A stretch of DNA of 64,000 nt from Thermoplasmatota archaeon (GTDB lineage Archaea > Thermoplasmatota > E2 > JACPAO01 > JAHFTW01): contig JBFIHX010000012.1 in the NCBI GenBank assembly GCA_041601615.1, positions 8,363-72,362 of the forward strand, written 5' to 3'. The position numbers and the translations under genes were made by a program. Below are positions 18,345-27,506 of this stretch, in pieces (positions within the stretch are counted from its first letter, which is position 1; every line of letters starts with the position of its first letter). The notes under the pieces are model-generated. The model searched no databases, was not told the origin of the DNA, and saw only the letters and a program-made list of their open reading frames with translations.

Positions 18345-18497
18345 AGGGTTCACCTGTGCCTCAGGTGCAGGCGACAACCGGTCTAACGAGCCAGAGTCGC
18401 CAGTGAATGCTGGAGAGGCAAGGCTCGCCGACTTGGGCATGGTATAAAGAACGGCCGGCCACCAGAACGGGGCGGGCGCAAGGGCCGAGTCGTGGCG

Positions 18498-18860
18498 TTA
18501 GTGGGTGATGGTTTCGTCGAACGGAACCGTGCGCCTGGGGATCACCGTGCGTACGGCGACTTCCATGATTTCCTTGGGCACTTCTTCGCCCTTGCCTTCT
18601 TCGACCATTTGCTGGGCCCAGACGATGATCAAATCGTCGTTGTTGCTGACTGCATACTCGTCGCGGATGCGCACCAATTTGTTCAGCACTTGCTTGTCTT
18701 GCTTGGCCGAGAGGTGCTTGCGCAGCATCTTGGCTCCGCTGCGGCGGCGCTCGGCGTTCTCGCGGCTGAACATCTCGCGCAGGTCGTGGTTGGAGTAGTA
18801 GACGCTGGCGGCGATCTCGCCATCCATCCGTTCCGGCTTGTTGTGGCCCGGGTCCTGCAC
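18498..18860 (-). CDS. Hypothetical protein
   Basis: 120-aa ORF with protein-like composition between GINS and rpl44e; start uncertain. Confidence 0.6.
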   Translation of the reverse strand: MQDPGHNKPERMDGEIAASVYYSNHDLREMFSRENAERRRSGAKMLRKHLSAKQDKQVLNKLVRIRDEYAVSNNDDLIIVWAQQMVEEGKGEEVPKEIMEVAVRTVIPRRTVPFDETITH

Positions 18861-18923
18861 GATGGTGCGAGCCGTGGTCCCTGTTTGGGGGTTTCGACGC
18901 GCTGCGGCCGGCGCGGGGGCGGC

Positions 18924-19808
18924 TTACGCCTGCATAATTTCGGCTTTTTGCCGCTTCTCGAGCAGCCGGGCAATGGCGGGGGGCACGCTGGCGAAGTCTC
19001 CTTCTCGTAGGAGGTAGGTCTGCATGTCGGGGCCGACGAAGGGCGGGATGTCTCCGAGTGCGCGGATGGTGACCATTTCGTCGGAGGGGGTGTCGGAGGG
19101 CACGACGGTGGGGGCGGCCGGCTCGGGTTCGGGTGAGAAGCCTTTGCGGGGGGCGAAGTCCGGTTCGGGAATGTCCTGGGGCTCCTCGTCGCTGGGAGGT
19201 TCGTGCAGGTCGGGGGGAATCGGTTCGCCGTGCGCGGGTGATGCCGGGGTCGCCGGTTGCGTTGGTGCCGTCGGCGGCTTGGGCGACGTGGGCGGCGCTT
19301 GGTCGTCTGCGTGGGCCTCTGAAGCGGACGGCGTCGGGGCCGAGGGCGCGGCGATGGGTGCTGCTGGCGAGGCGGCGGGTCGGCTGGAGCGCACCTTTGC
19401 GGGTGGTGCTATGGCGGGCGGTGCTTCGCCGAATACCTTGGCTTTGCCGGCGCGTAGGGCTTGGACGAAGTTGTCGTAGAGGTCCATTTCCTCCGCAGTA
19501 AGGCCTTCGGGGCGCTCGGTGTCGCCGGTTTTGGGCTGCGCCAGGGCGTAGAGGCTCATTTTGCGTTCGCGCAGGCTCCAGAGGCTCTCGGCGGCTTGGA
19601 TGGCGTGTTGTGCTTCGTCGCGGGCCATCATGGCGCGGCGGCCGAAGGGGTCCTTTTGTTGTTCCTCGCGAAAGCCGGCCTTGATGTCGTCCAGAAAGGC
19701 GCGAAGTTCGGCCCAGAAGCGGGCTTGGACGGGAGTGAGCCGGTTGCTGCGCCGTTCGGCACGCACCAGGTCTTGCAGCATCTCGTAGGAGATGCGTTCT
19801 TCCGCCAC
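18924..19808 (-). CDS. gins: GINS complex subunit (Gins51/15 type) with long Pro-rich linker
   Basis: A-domain (ER.S..L...F; RERK; LTAEE..LY) and C-terminal B-domain IPPFVGPDMQTYLLREGD; position downstream of priS. Confidence 0.85.
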   Translation of the reverse strand: MAEERISYEMLQDLVRAERRSNRLTPVQARFWAELRAFLDDIKAGFREEQQKDPFGRRAMMARDEAQHAIQAAESLWSLRERKMSLYALAQPKTGDTERPEGLTAEEMDLYDNFVQALRAGKAKVFGEAPPAIAPPAKVRSSRPAASPAAPIAAPSAPTPSASEAHADDQAPPTSPKPPTAPTQPATPASPAHGEPIPPDLHEPPSDEEPQDIPEPDFAPRKGFSPEPEPAAPTVVPSDTPSDEMVTIRALGDIPPFVGPDMQTYLLREGDFASVPPAIARLLEKRQKAEIMQA

Positions 19809-19839
19809 GTTGCGACGACCAGTGCGGGTTGTTTAAGAA

Positions 19840-20655
19840 TTAGGCGTGGGGGGCTGGGGCATAGTACGACATCATGGCGAATCCGAGCACCACGAGGATG
19901 GCTGCGGCTTCGAAGATGGAGGTGGTTGCGGCTTGGACGCGGGGTTTTTGCCAGGTCCAGTGCACGCCGAGGGCTGCCACGGCGATGAGGAGGCTGGGAA
20001 AGAACGGCGTGAGGATGGTCATGGTGAAGGGGGCGATGAACGGGGCGATTGGAGCGGTGCTGGCCCATGCAATGGCGGCGGGGCGGGCCCGGTCGCCTCC
20101 GATTCCGACGCGAATCATGAACGCGGATGCTGCGACGATGGACAAGTCGAACGTGGGGTCGCGGTGGTGGTAGGTGGCGGTGCTGATTCGATGCGAACGA
20201 GGGCCCAGGTGTTCCTCGCTGTAGGCTTGCGCCAGCCGGTTTGCGTCCTCGGCGTCGATGGTCGTACTTTGCGCGCCGGAATCGGACCATGGGGCTCTCC
20301 AGTACAGGTTTTGCCAACCTGATCGGGCGCCGTCGGCGGGTTCGGCAGTGCGTAGGGAGATGGGGCACCAGCCGTGGCTGCATCCGCTCATGAGTCCGTT
20401 TGTGCCGTTGCTTTGCCAGGGTTGGGTGTCGCGAAGGATGGTGTTCCAAGGCAAGGCGTCGGGTTCGGGGCCGTCGTCTACGTTGCCGTCGGCGTCTTCG
20501 AAGGAGGTTGGGCGCAGAAGAATCATCCAAGCAAGAAACAGGACGGCGCCGCGTACAGTCCATTTGGCGCTGAAAGCATGTGCCACTTGTTCGAATTGGG
20601 GTGGAGCGTTTGAACCTACGGGCGGACGGTCCCGTTTTGTCGGGCGCACCACCAA
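19840..20655 (-). CDS. Hypothetical membrane protein (start uncertain)
   Basis: One N-terminal and about three C-terminal TM helices; fills the gap between priS and GINS. Confidence 0.5.
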   Translation of the reverse strand: MVVRPTKRDRPPVGSNAPPQFEQVAHAFSAKWTVRGAVLFLAWMILLRPTSFEDADGNVDDGPEPDALPWNTILRDTQPWQSNGTNGLMSGCSHGWCPISLRTAEPADGARSGWQNLYWRAPWSDSGAQSTTIDAEDANRLAQAYSEEHLGPRSHRISTATYHHRDPTFDLSIVAASAFMIRVGIGGDRARPAAIAWASTAPIAPFIAPFTMTILTPFFPSLLIAVAALGVHWTWQKPRVQAATTSIFEAAAILVVLGFAMMSYYAPAPHA

Positions 20656-21917
20656 ACGGCGTGGTGCATCGGCACCTCCGTGTCTTGGCCGCCTTCGACG
20701 CGGACCGTCTGTCCCCCGAGGGTCAATGTGTCGCTGTTGCGGGCCGTGAATTGCACGGGTTCGTCGGAGAACGCCACGGCGTCCCGGAACGGATCAAAAT
20801 CGGCGAGTTCTTCGAGGCGCAGGCGGACGACCTTGAGGCCGGTCTTGCCGTGCAGGCTCTCGGGCAGGCGAATGAGGCGCTTGACGTCGGCGGTCACTGG
20901 CTCGTCGGTTTCGCCTTTGCTAAGCGGGAGTGCTGCTTGTCCGAGCACTTCTTTGGCGATGCGTTTGACGACGGCTCCCTGTTCGAGGTAGCCGTCTTGG
21001 ATGCGCCCTAGTTTGTCGGCTGTGAGGTCTGCGATGAAGTCGTCTGCTCCTTTGGGGCCGATGTGGTCCATGGAAAGCAGCCAGGCGCGGGCGTCGGCGG
21101 GGTCGGCGTTGAGGACGCGGTCGTGCAGTACGGAAACGAGCCCGCGGGTGAGGCGTCCGCGCCAGCCGGGTGCACTTGCGGGGTGGATGAATTGGGCTTT
21201 GACGGGTTTGGCGTACATGCCCGAGCCGCGCATTCCGACGGTTTTCTCCCAGATGAAGGGCTCCAAGTCTGGTTCGCTGGTGCCTTGTTTTGTGGGGACT
21301 TTGCCGGTGACGTAGTCCACAACCTCGCGTCGTCCTTTTTGGTCCAGTTGCAGCAGCGCGGGGGCGGTGACGTGGGCATGGTAGCCGCGGCCGCCGGAGA
21401 AGGTGAGCCATACGTCGGATTCGTCGATGCTCAGATCTCCCAGCAGGAACTCTTCGAGGAGGGTGCGGAATTTGGTTTTGACAAGTTCCAGTTGTTCGGG
21501 CAAGCCCATGGTTTCGCCGCGTGCCGCTGCTGCTTCGGCTTCGGCGAGGTGGTCTGCGTCTAGGTCGAAGATCAGTTCGGCGCCGAGCCATTGTTTGTCC
21601 AGCATGCGCATTTCGCCCGGCTTGCGGTAGTAGGCGGTGCTGTAGTAGCAGGAGTGGGGGCCGCGCCAGGAGAGGTAGTTGTGGAAGCGGCTGGCGTTGT
21701 CGTAGGCCCTGTGGCGCACGAAGGGGGGCGGGCCAGGTTTGTCGGGCCAGAGGATGAATCCGAATTCCCGGCGCGTGAAGCGGTCCGGCATGCGGGGCGG
21801 GTTGATTTTGTAGTAGGCGCCGAAGCTTCGTTGCAGCCAGTCGATGGTGGTGGAGACGGCGGGCGGGAAGCTTGGCGGGGGGCCCTGGGGTCCGGCGGGG
21901 GCGGGTGCGTCAGCCAT
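20616..21917 (-). CDS. priS: DNA primase catalytic subunit
   Basis: REFGF, YYSTAYY, AELIFDLDAD, FSGGRGYH, DEPVTADVKRLIRLP.SLHGKTG. Confidence 0.97.
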   Translation of the reverse strand: MADAPAPAGPQGPPPSFPPAVSTTIDWLQRSFGAYYKINPPRMPDRFTRREFGFILWPDKPGPPPFVRHRAYDNASRFHNYLSWRGPHSCYYSTAYYRKPGEMRMLDKQWLGAELIFDLDADHLAEAEAAAARGETMGLPEQLELVKTKFRTLLEEFLLGDLSIDESDVWLTFSGGRGYHAHVTAPALLQLDQKGRREVVDYVTGKVPTKQGTSEPDLEPFIWEKTVGMRGSGMYAKPVKAQFIHPASAPGWRGRLTRGLVSVLHDRVLNADPADARAWLLSMDHIGPKGADDFIADLTADKLGRIQDGYLEQGAVVKRIAKEVLGQAALPLSKGETDEPVTADVKRLIRLPESLHGKTGLKVVRLRLEELADFDPFRDAVAFSDEPVQFTARNSDTLTLGGQTVRVEGGQDTEVPMHHAVWWCARQNGTVRP

Positions 21918-23025
21918 GGGAGGCCTCCTGGGCGGTGGGGGCGGGCGCGGCGGCCGTGGCGGGCGCGTTTTGAGCCAAGTTGGCGGCCTTGGCTTGGTCT
22001 TCTTTTTGGAAGCGCAGGCGGGCGCGGTAGTAGCTCAGGGGGTGTTTGATTTTGGCGCAGAGGCGGTCGCGTTTTTCGAGGGGGCAGACGCCGTTGGTTT
22101 GCATGGTGGCGCAGCCGGGGGGTGTGTATTTTTCGACGCCTTGTTCGCCGGCAATGTGCGTCACTTGGTAGCGTGATTTTTCGGGGTCGAAGTTGGGAAT
22201 CGCGCGGAAGTAGTCGATGATGTCTTCGGCGGTCATGCCGATGGTGGCCAGAAAGCTCGCGATGGCAAATCGTGCGTGGTGCGAGATCAGTTCGCCGTCC
22301 TTCATTTTGCCAAAGATGTCGATGACGCAGGGCGGGAACAAGTGCGTCTGGACGGGGCCGAAGTCGCCGGTGTTCCAGCCGGCGCGGGCTTTTTCGAGTT
22401 CGGGCTTCAGTTGCTCGATGTAATCGGCGAGGGCGTCGGCGACCTCATCGTGGATGGGTTTGCTGATTTCTTCTTCCAGTTCTTTCTGGATGCGTCGTTC
22501 GAGGCCTTCGCGGCACAAGCGACTCACGTCTGGCCCGGAAAGGGGTACCCAGCCTTTCTGGATGGGGCGCACGATCATTTTCCAGGCGGGTTCGTGCAGG
22601 GGTGCGATGCTGAGGTAGTCGGCAAAGTGCATCCGTAGGCCTTCGGGGCCTTCTTGGTATTGGATGCCGAGGTGGCGTGCGATGGCGTCGCGGCTGCCGG
22701 GGTCTTGATTAAGCGTCTCTTCGAGGCGAATCGCTTCGGCGGCGGCGTAGCGGTGGACCATGGCACGGTCGCGCACGAGCACGCAGAGCATGCGGGCGAC
22801 CGGCACGGAGAGCATTTCGTTGAGTGCTCCGCGTTCGTCTAGGATGGTCACGGGCGGGATGCGTTTGTCTTCCAGTGCGCCTCGGATGCGGGCCATGGCA
22901 CGTTGGCGAACGCCTTCGAGGCGGGGGGCCGAGAGGAGGTCGGGGAGGCTGGGACCGACTTCGCGCACGGCGTCGCGTACTTCCGGAAGGAAGGGATAGT
23001 ACGCTAGCCGCACCAGGTCCGCCAC
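21910..23025 (-). CDS. priL: DNA primase large subunit
   Basis: YPFLPE, FPPC, HHARF, PNFD.EKSRYQV.HI, YTPPGC.TM..GVC..C..HPLSYY (Fe-S domain); GTG start at 23025. Confidence 0.95.
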   Translation of the reverse strand: MADLVRLAYYPFLPEVRDAVREVGPSLPDLLSAPRLEGVRQRAMARIRGALEDKRIPPVTILDERGALNEMLSVPVARMLCVLVRDRAMVHRYAAAEAIRLEETLNQDPGSRDAIARHLGIQYQEGPEGLRMHFADYLSIAPLHEPAWKMIVRPIQKGWVPLSGPDVSRLCREGLERRIQKELEEEISKPIHDEVADALADYIEQLKPELEKARAGWNTGDFGPVQTHLFPPCVIDIFGKMKDGELISHHARFAIASFLATIGMTAEDIIDYFRAIPNFDPEKSRYQVTHIAGEQGVEKYTPPGCATMQTNGVCPLEKRDRLCAKIKHPLSYYRARLRFQKEDQAKAANLAQNAPATAAAPAPTAQEASHG

Positions 23026-23045
23026 GGTTTTGCCACGTTGCGCGG

Positions 23046-23504
23046 CTACTTCAGTCGCGCGGAGGTGGCGACGGGGGGTGCGTCGGAGCCGTCGGCGACG
23101 ATTTGGAACCCGATGGCGCCGGTGAAGTCTGTGAAGTGGAGCGTCGCGGTCCAACCCATGGGAATGCCGAGGCTCGTTTGTTGGTGGCCGGCACTTGCGT
23201 CTGAAAAGTCGATGGTGGTGCGGGCAAGTCCGGTGGCGTCGGAGACTACGAGGCGTGCGGCGCCGACTTGCACGGCTCCGCTCCATTGGATCATGGCGCG
23301 GAATTTGCTGTTTTCCCATTCGTAGGTCTCGTCTTCGTTTACGTGCACCAAGTAGGCGCCGTATTGGAAGGCATCGCGGGTGTTGCTGACGGTGCGAAAT
23401 TCGATGCTTTCATCGTCGTCGGGCCAATCGCCAGAATCAAAATTCAAGCCCTGGGTGCATCCGCTAAGAAGCAGGGTGAGTGAGGCAAGCAATACGATGC
23501 GCAT
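23046..23504 (-). CDS. Small lipoprotein (member 3 of a tandem family)
   Basis: LLLSGC lipobox; beta-sandwich-like pattern resembling its neighbours. Confidence 0.7.
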   Translation of the reverse strand: MRIVLLASLTLLLSGCTQGLNFDSGDWPDDDESIEFRTVSNTRDAFQYGAYLVHVNEDETYEWENSKFRAMIQWSGAVQVGAARLVVSDATGLARTTIDFSDASAGHQQTSLGIPMGWTATLHFTDFTGAIGFQIVADGSDAPPVATSARLK

Positions 23505-23549
23505 GTGGCTCCAGCCGTGGTTCGCGCTTTGAGGATTCCGTCTAAGGTG

Positions 23550-23975
23550 CTAGCAGGCGATGTTGACGTTGTATTGTCCGCTGAATCCACCGTATTGCTG
23601 GCCGGTGAATCCGCCGTAGCTGGAGCCGCTTTCGCGGGTGACGGTGACGGTCCATTGGCCGCTTTGGCCGCTGATGTTCTTGGTCTCGGATTGCTGGCCG
23701 GTGCCGCTGTAGGTCTTCGAGAACGCGGTCGCTCCGGCGCCGTCCTTGACGGTGACTTTGATGCTGCCGCCGCCCATGTTGTAGTTGACGTTCACTTTAC
23801 CGCTGCCGTCACACGACAGGGGTTCGCTGGTGTGGCTGCCGGTGCTGGCGCCGTTGTAGCTGAGTGTCCCGGGGCCGCCTGCGGTTTGACCGTCGGCGCC
23901 GTTGCTGAAGGTGCAGCCGGACATCAACGTGGCAATCAGGAGGCTGGTCAACAGGAGGGGGATGGTTCGGCCCAT
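23550..23975 (-). CDS. Small lipoprotein (member 2 of a tandem family)
   Basis: LMSGC lipobox; TLSY..C..GSIKVTVKDGAG.TAF..TY..GQW..FSGQY..C. Confidence 0.8.
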   Translation of the reverse strand: MGRTIPLLLTSLLIATLMSGCTFSNGADGQTAGGPGTLSYNGASTGSHTSEPLSCDGSGKVNVNYNMGGGSIKVTVKDGAGATAFSKTYSGTGQQSETKNISGQSGQWTVTVTRESGSSYGGFTGQQYGGFSGQYNVNIAC

Positions 23976-24036
23976 GAGCAGACGATTTGCCTCGCAACTT
24001 AAGGGAGATTGGGACGATGGTTGGATTCAACCCGCG

Positions 24037-24381
24037 TCAGCAGGTGAGCGTGAGGGTGAATGTGCCCTCGAAGTGGGCGCTGCTGGCTTCCAGTTTCCAG
24101 TTGCCCGGGGCTCCAATCAGAGCGTGTTGAATTTGGCCGCCGATGGGGGCTTCGTAGGTGTCCTCAAAGGCGACGGCTCCCTTGCCATCAAGCACGCGGA
24201 CTGTCAGGTTGCCGGCGAGAATGGAACCCGAACCGTCGAGGATTGCCGCATCGGAGCAGAGGAGCTTACTGGAGTCGCGGTAGGCTTCGCCGGTGCCTTC
24301 GTGTGAGAGTGTTGCCACTTGTTCGGAGAACGCGCATCCTGCCAAAAAGAGCAGGAGCGTGGCCGTGATGGCCACACGCAT
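24037..24381 (-). CDS. Small lipoprotein (member 1 of a tandem family)
   Basis: FLAGC lipobox; TLSH..C..GNLTVRVLDGKG.VAF..TY..GNW..FEGTF..C. Confidence 0.8.
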   Translation of the reverse strand: MRVAITATLLLFLAGCAFSEQVATLSHEGTGEAYRDSSKLLCSDAAILDGSGSILAGNLTVRVLDGKGAVAFEDTYEAPIGGQIQHALIGAPGNWKLEASSAHFEGTFTLTLTC

Positions 24382-24383
24382 GT

Positions 24384-25127
24384 CTATTCGCTCTCAATCC
24401 TGGGGGCCAGGAGGTAGGTGATGTGGCCGGCGCCGCCTGCAATATCGAATTCGATTTTGACGGGGTAGTCGGTGCCGAGGTTGAGCGTGATGGCGTCGTT
24501 GCTCTTGACGACCTTGCTCATGTTGCTGAAGTAGTCGAGGCTGAACAAGCTGCGGCTTGATTCGGGGCTCTCGATTTTGATGATGTTGTCGCCGTCGAGG
24601 CGGAGGTGGACTTGGTCTGTGTCGCCGTCGGCTACGAGTTCGAAGCTGTCTTTGCCGGCCACGAGGGCGATGTGGTCGCTGACTGCTTCGGAGGCTTTGA
24701 TGCCTTGTTGAAGTTCGCCGGCGCGGATGGTGACCTTGCTGGGGAGGTTCAGGTTGGGCACCTTGGGGTCGCCCATGTTTGTGGTGTCGACGAGGGCCAT
24801 GCGGCGGGTGATGTGGCCGATGCTGAAAACGAGGCGGTGGGTGTCTTCCTTGTATTCGAGTCCGATTTCGTCGCCGCTGCTGGCGAGTTTCAGGATGTCC
24901 TTGAGTTTGTCAAGGTCGATGCCCATTTCGAGGTCTTCACCGTGGAATTCGGTGAAGGCGCCTTTGCCGAGGCTGAGGTCCACCATGGCGACGTGCGCCG
25001 GGTCGACGGCCTTCAGGGACAATCCTTCTGGGGTAACCTGGATCTTGGCCTCGTCTACGAGGGTCTGGACGGCATCTAGGACCGTCTTGAGCACTTCCGC
25101 CTTGACCTTGGCCTTGAACGAGGGCAT
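24384..25127 (-). CDS. pcn: DNA polymerase sliding clamp PCNA
   Basis: LVDEAK..GLSLKAVDPAHVAMV, FSLDY, LGTDYP, YLLAPRIE. Confidence 0.98.
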   Translation of the reverse strand: MPSFKAKVKAEVLKTVLDAVQTLVDEAKIQVTPEGLSLKAVDPAHVAMVDLSLGKGAFTEFHGEDLEMGIDLDKLKDILKLASSGDEIGLEYKEDTHRLVFSIGHITRRMALVDTTNMGDPKVPNLNLPSKVTIRAGELQQGIKASEAVSDHIALVAGKDSFELVADGDTDQVHLRLDGDNIIKIESPESSRSLFSLDYFSNMSKVVKSNDAITLNLGTDYPVKIEFDIAGGAGHITYLLAPRIESE

Positions 25128-25184
25128 CCCTATCAGTCGCTCGCATTCCTGGTGGCGTCTTAAGGACTCCCGGTTTGTTACCTA

Positions 25185-25200
25185 TGTTTCATGTGGAACA
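25185..25200. promoter_or_regulatory. parS-like / ORB-like 16-bp palindrome TGTTTCATGTGGAACA
   Basis: Reverse complement TGTTCCACATGAAACA is 15/16 to the bacterial parS consensus TGTTNCACGTGAAACA and fits the archaeal ORB core GTTCCAnnnGAAAC; intergenic, ~60 bp upstream of pcn. Confidence 0.5.
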
Positions 25201-25237
25201 AGGTGGGGCAGACGAGGCGACGGGCGCACACGCCGGT

Positions 25238-25639
25238 TCAGCGGATGCAGATGCACGTCTGGATGCCCTTGGCCACCAGCGTGCGCTCCCCATCCGTCTC
25301 CATGAACACCTCCAGGTCGCACACGGTCAAGGTCCGCCCCGACTTCACCACCGTCCCTACCGCCACGACCCGGTCGCCGCGTGCCGGCCGCAGAAACTTC
25401 ATCGTAAAATCGGTGGACAGCACCTCGCTGCCCTCCGGCATCATCGAGTACGCAGCATACCCGCCCGCCGTGTCCACCGCCGTCGTCAAGATCCCCGCGT
25501 GGACGTGGCCGTGTTGTTGTGTCACTTCCGGGCGCACCTCCAACTCCACCACGGCCTTGCCGGCCTCCAGGTGGGTCAATTCGGCTCCGATGAGCGTCAT
25601 TGCTGCCTGGGCGGCGAAACTGTCACGGACGAACTGCAC
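25238..25639 (-). CDS. PaaI family thioesterase
   Basis: QQHGHVHAGILTTAVDTAGG, FLRPA, V.KSGRTL..C; GTG start approximate. Confidence 0.9.
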   Translation of the reverse strand: MQFVRDSFAAQAAMTLIGAELTHLEAGKAVVELEVRPEVTQQHGHVHAGILTTAVDTAGGYAAYSMMPEGSEVLSTDFTMKFLRPARGDRVVAVGTVVKSGRTLTVCDLEVFMETDGERTLVAKGIQTCICIR

Positions 25640-25722
25640 GCCGGCCCATGCCGCTGCCGGGTCTTGACCGACGCGTTTGGGGCCGCGTGAATCCCCGCGT
25701 TGATTTCCCAAGGCCGCAGGAT

Positions 25723-26013
25723 TCACAAAGCTGGCAGTCGGCGAAAGGTGGCGGCCATCAATCGGAACACGGCGAACGCCAGCAGAGCGGATCCCACCAC
25801 CGCCATCGGCGCAAACCAGAATCCCAGGACGATCAGCGCCAGCCCCAGGGCGAACACGAGGCTCCCCGGTGCCAACGGCTGCGGCCGTTTCAACAAGCCG
25901 GACGGGCCCATGTTTTCGTCCGGCAGCCGGACCGGCTGACCGCGCAGGCAGGCCGGGCAGCGGTCCGCGCCATGCAGAATTTCGGAACCGCAGAAAGCAC
26001 AAGCATCGGCCAC
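25723..26013 (-). CDS. Small zinc-ribbon membrane protein
   Basis: CAFCG...CPAC followed by two TM helices; GTG start inferred. Confidence 0.65.
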   Translation of the reverse strand: MADACAFCGSEILHGADRCPACLRGQPVRLPDENMGPSGLLKRPQPLAPGSLVFALGLALIVLGFWFAPMAVVGSALLAFAVFRLMAATFRRLPAL

Positions 26014-26062
26014 GAACGGCGACCGAGGTGGAGCGCTTTCATCGTTTCGGCGGGCGGGGGGG

Positions 26063-26219
26063 GCGGACACTCGTTCCGGTCGTACTTCGCTGCGCTCAGT
26101 ACTCTCCTAGAATGCCCACAACGCGCGCGCTCGACTTCGTCAAGCGCGGCGGGTGCGGCCACTCTTTCCGATCGTATCTCGGCCTTCGGCCTCAATACTC
26201 TCTCCAAGAGTGTCCGCAC
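26063..26219. repeat. Two tandem imperfect palindromic units, one overlapping the tfs 3' end (REP-like)
   Basis: GCGG(A/C)CACTC.TTCCG.TCGTA at 26063 and 26155; central hairpins GTACT-TCGCTGCGCTC-AGTAC and GGCCTTCGGCC. Confidence 0.7.
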
Positions 26220-26494
26220 TCCATACACTCATTGATCTCCGTCGGCGGCTCGTCGCTGCGTCGGGTCTGCATGAGGTGGAAGTAGGCTTTGCCGTGGCCG
26301 CACTTGGGGCACTCGACTTGTTGCTGGGCGCGGGGGTCGACGGCGTCCTCCACGACCACGCGCTCCTTAATGACGGCCTCCTTCTTGACGACCTGGCTCT
26401 TGGTGGGGCCCTTGCTCGTCCATCCGCACTTGCGGCATTCGAGCTTGCCGTCCTTGGGGTAGACCATGGACTTGCAGTCGGCACAGAAGGGCAT
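26192..26494 (-). CDS. tfs: Transcription factor S / RNA polymerase subunit M
   Basis: Two zinc ribbons; QTRRSDEPPT catalytic loop; CGHSWREY C-terminus. Confidence 0.95.
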   Translation of the reverse strand: MPFCADCKSMVYPKDGKLECRKCGWTSKGPTKSQVVKKEAVIKERVVVEDAVDPRAQQQVECPKCGHGKAYFHLMQTRRSDEPPTEINECMECGHSWREY

Positions 26495-26544
26495 GGGCGT
26501 TGCGAGTCGGGGGTCTGTAATAGGCTTGGCGCAGACGGCCGAAG

Positions 26545-27456
26545 CTAATCCAGGCGCTTGCCTTCGACCACGGGCGGGCCGCCGTCTGCGGGGCTCTGCG
26601 GGCCACGCAATTGCTTGAGGGTGTCCACCATTTGCCGTTGCAGTTCCACTTGTTCTCGCAGGTATGGCGTCGAGGTAGCTTCTTGGATGAGCCGTTCTAG
26701 GAGGTATTTGGTATCGCCGTAGGGGCGCACGCCGGTGAGTTGGTGGAAGCTGAGGGCGCGGCCGGTGCTGACTTCTTTGCCGCCGCCGGCTGTGACGGCT
26801 CCGCCGCCCATTGCGCCGCCTTTGGAGGCTCCTGCGCCGACGGTGACGCTGGCTTGGCTGGTGTCGTTGCCGAGCCCGAAGCCACTTTGGGTGACGGGGA
26901 TGAGGGTGCCGTAGTCGAGGATGCGGCCTAGCGGTCCTTGGCTGCCGTCGAGGTCGGTGATGGCTTCGTACTTGATGACGCGTTCTTTGCGGGTGATGGT
27001 GCCACCGACGAAGATGATGCGGAGGTTGGTGAGAGTGTATCGGTGACTGAGGCGGTCCGCTTCGGTCCAGAACAGAAGCGGGATGCTGGCGGCGATGAGG
27101 AAGGATGGCAGCGCGGTGTCGACGCTGAATTTGGTCGCGATGGTGAGGCCTACGGCGGCAAGACCCACGGCGACGTACAGGAAGAACCGACGCCAGCGGA
27201 TGGTCGCAACACTGACGATGGCTCCAAAGAGTGCGAGGCCGGCGATGGCGTAGACGTAGGCGGCGCCGCTGTTGCCGTACAGGAACGTCCAGACCTGGTA
27301 CCACTTGCCGGTGTCGGCGGCATTCCACCACTCGGTGCGCATCAGCCACGCCAGGAACCCGCCCCAGATTGCGGGGAACGCTGCGAGTGTGTAGCGGCCG
27401 AGCCAGGAGAGCGGGTGGGGCCGGAGCCTGGTTTCGAGTTTTTCGCCGGGAAGCAT
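26545..27456 (-). CDS. Membrane protein with bacterial PH (bPH_2-like) domain
   Basis: MLPGEK..RPH, four TM helices, YTLTNLRI..G, I.D...QGPLGRILDYGTL. Confidence 0.8.
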   Translation of the reverse strand: MLPGEKLETRLRPHPLSWLGRYTLAAFPAIWGGFLAWLMRTEWWNAADTGKWYQVWTFLYGNSGAAYVYAIAGLALFGAIVSVATIRWRRFFLYVAVGLAAVGLTIATKFSVDTALPSFLIAASIPLLFWTEADRLSHRYTLTNLRIIFVGGTITRKERVIKYEAITDLDGSQGPLGRILDYGTLIPVTQSGFGLGNDTSQASVTVGAGASKGGAMGGGAVTAGGGKEVSTGRALSFHQLTGVRPYGDTKYLLERLIQEATSTPYLREQVELQRQMVDTLKQLRGPQSPADGGPPVVEGKRLD

Positions 27457-27506
27457 CCGGGGGTGGGCCACGGGGGGCGATGGTGGCGGGGGGACAATAG
27501 AGTTGG

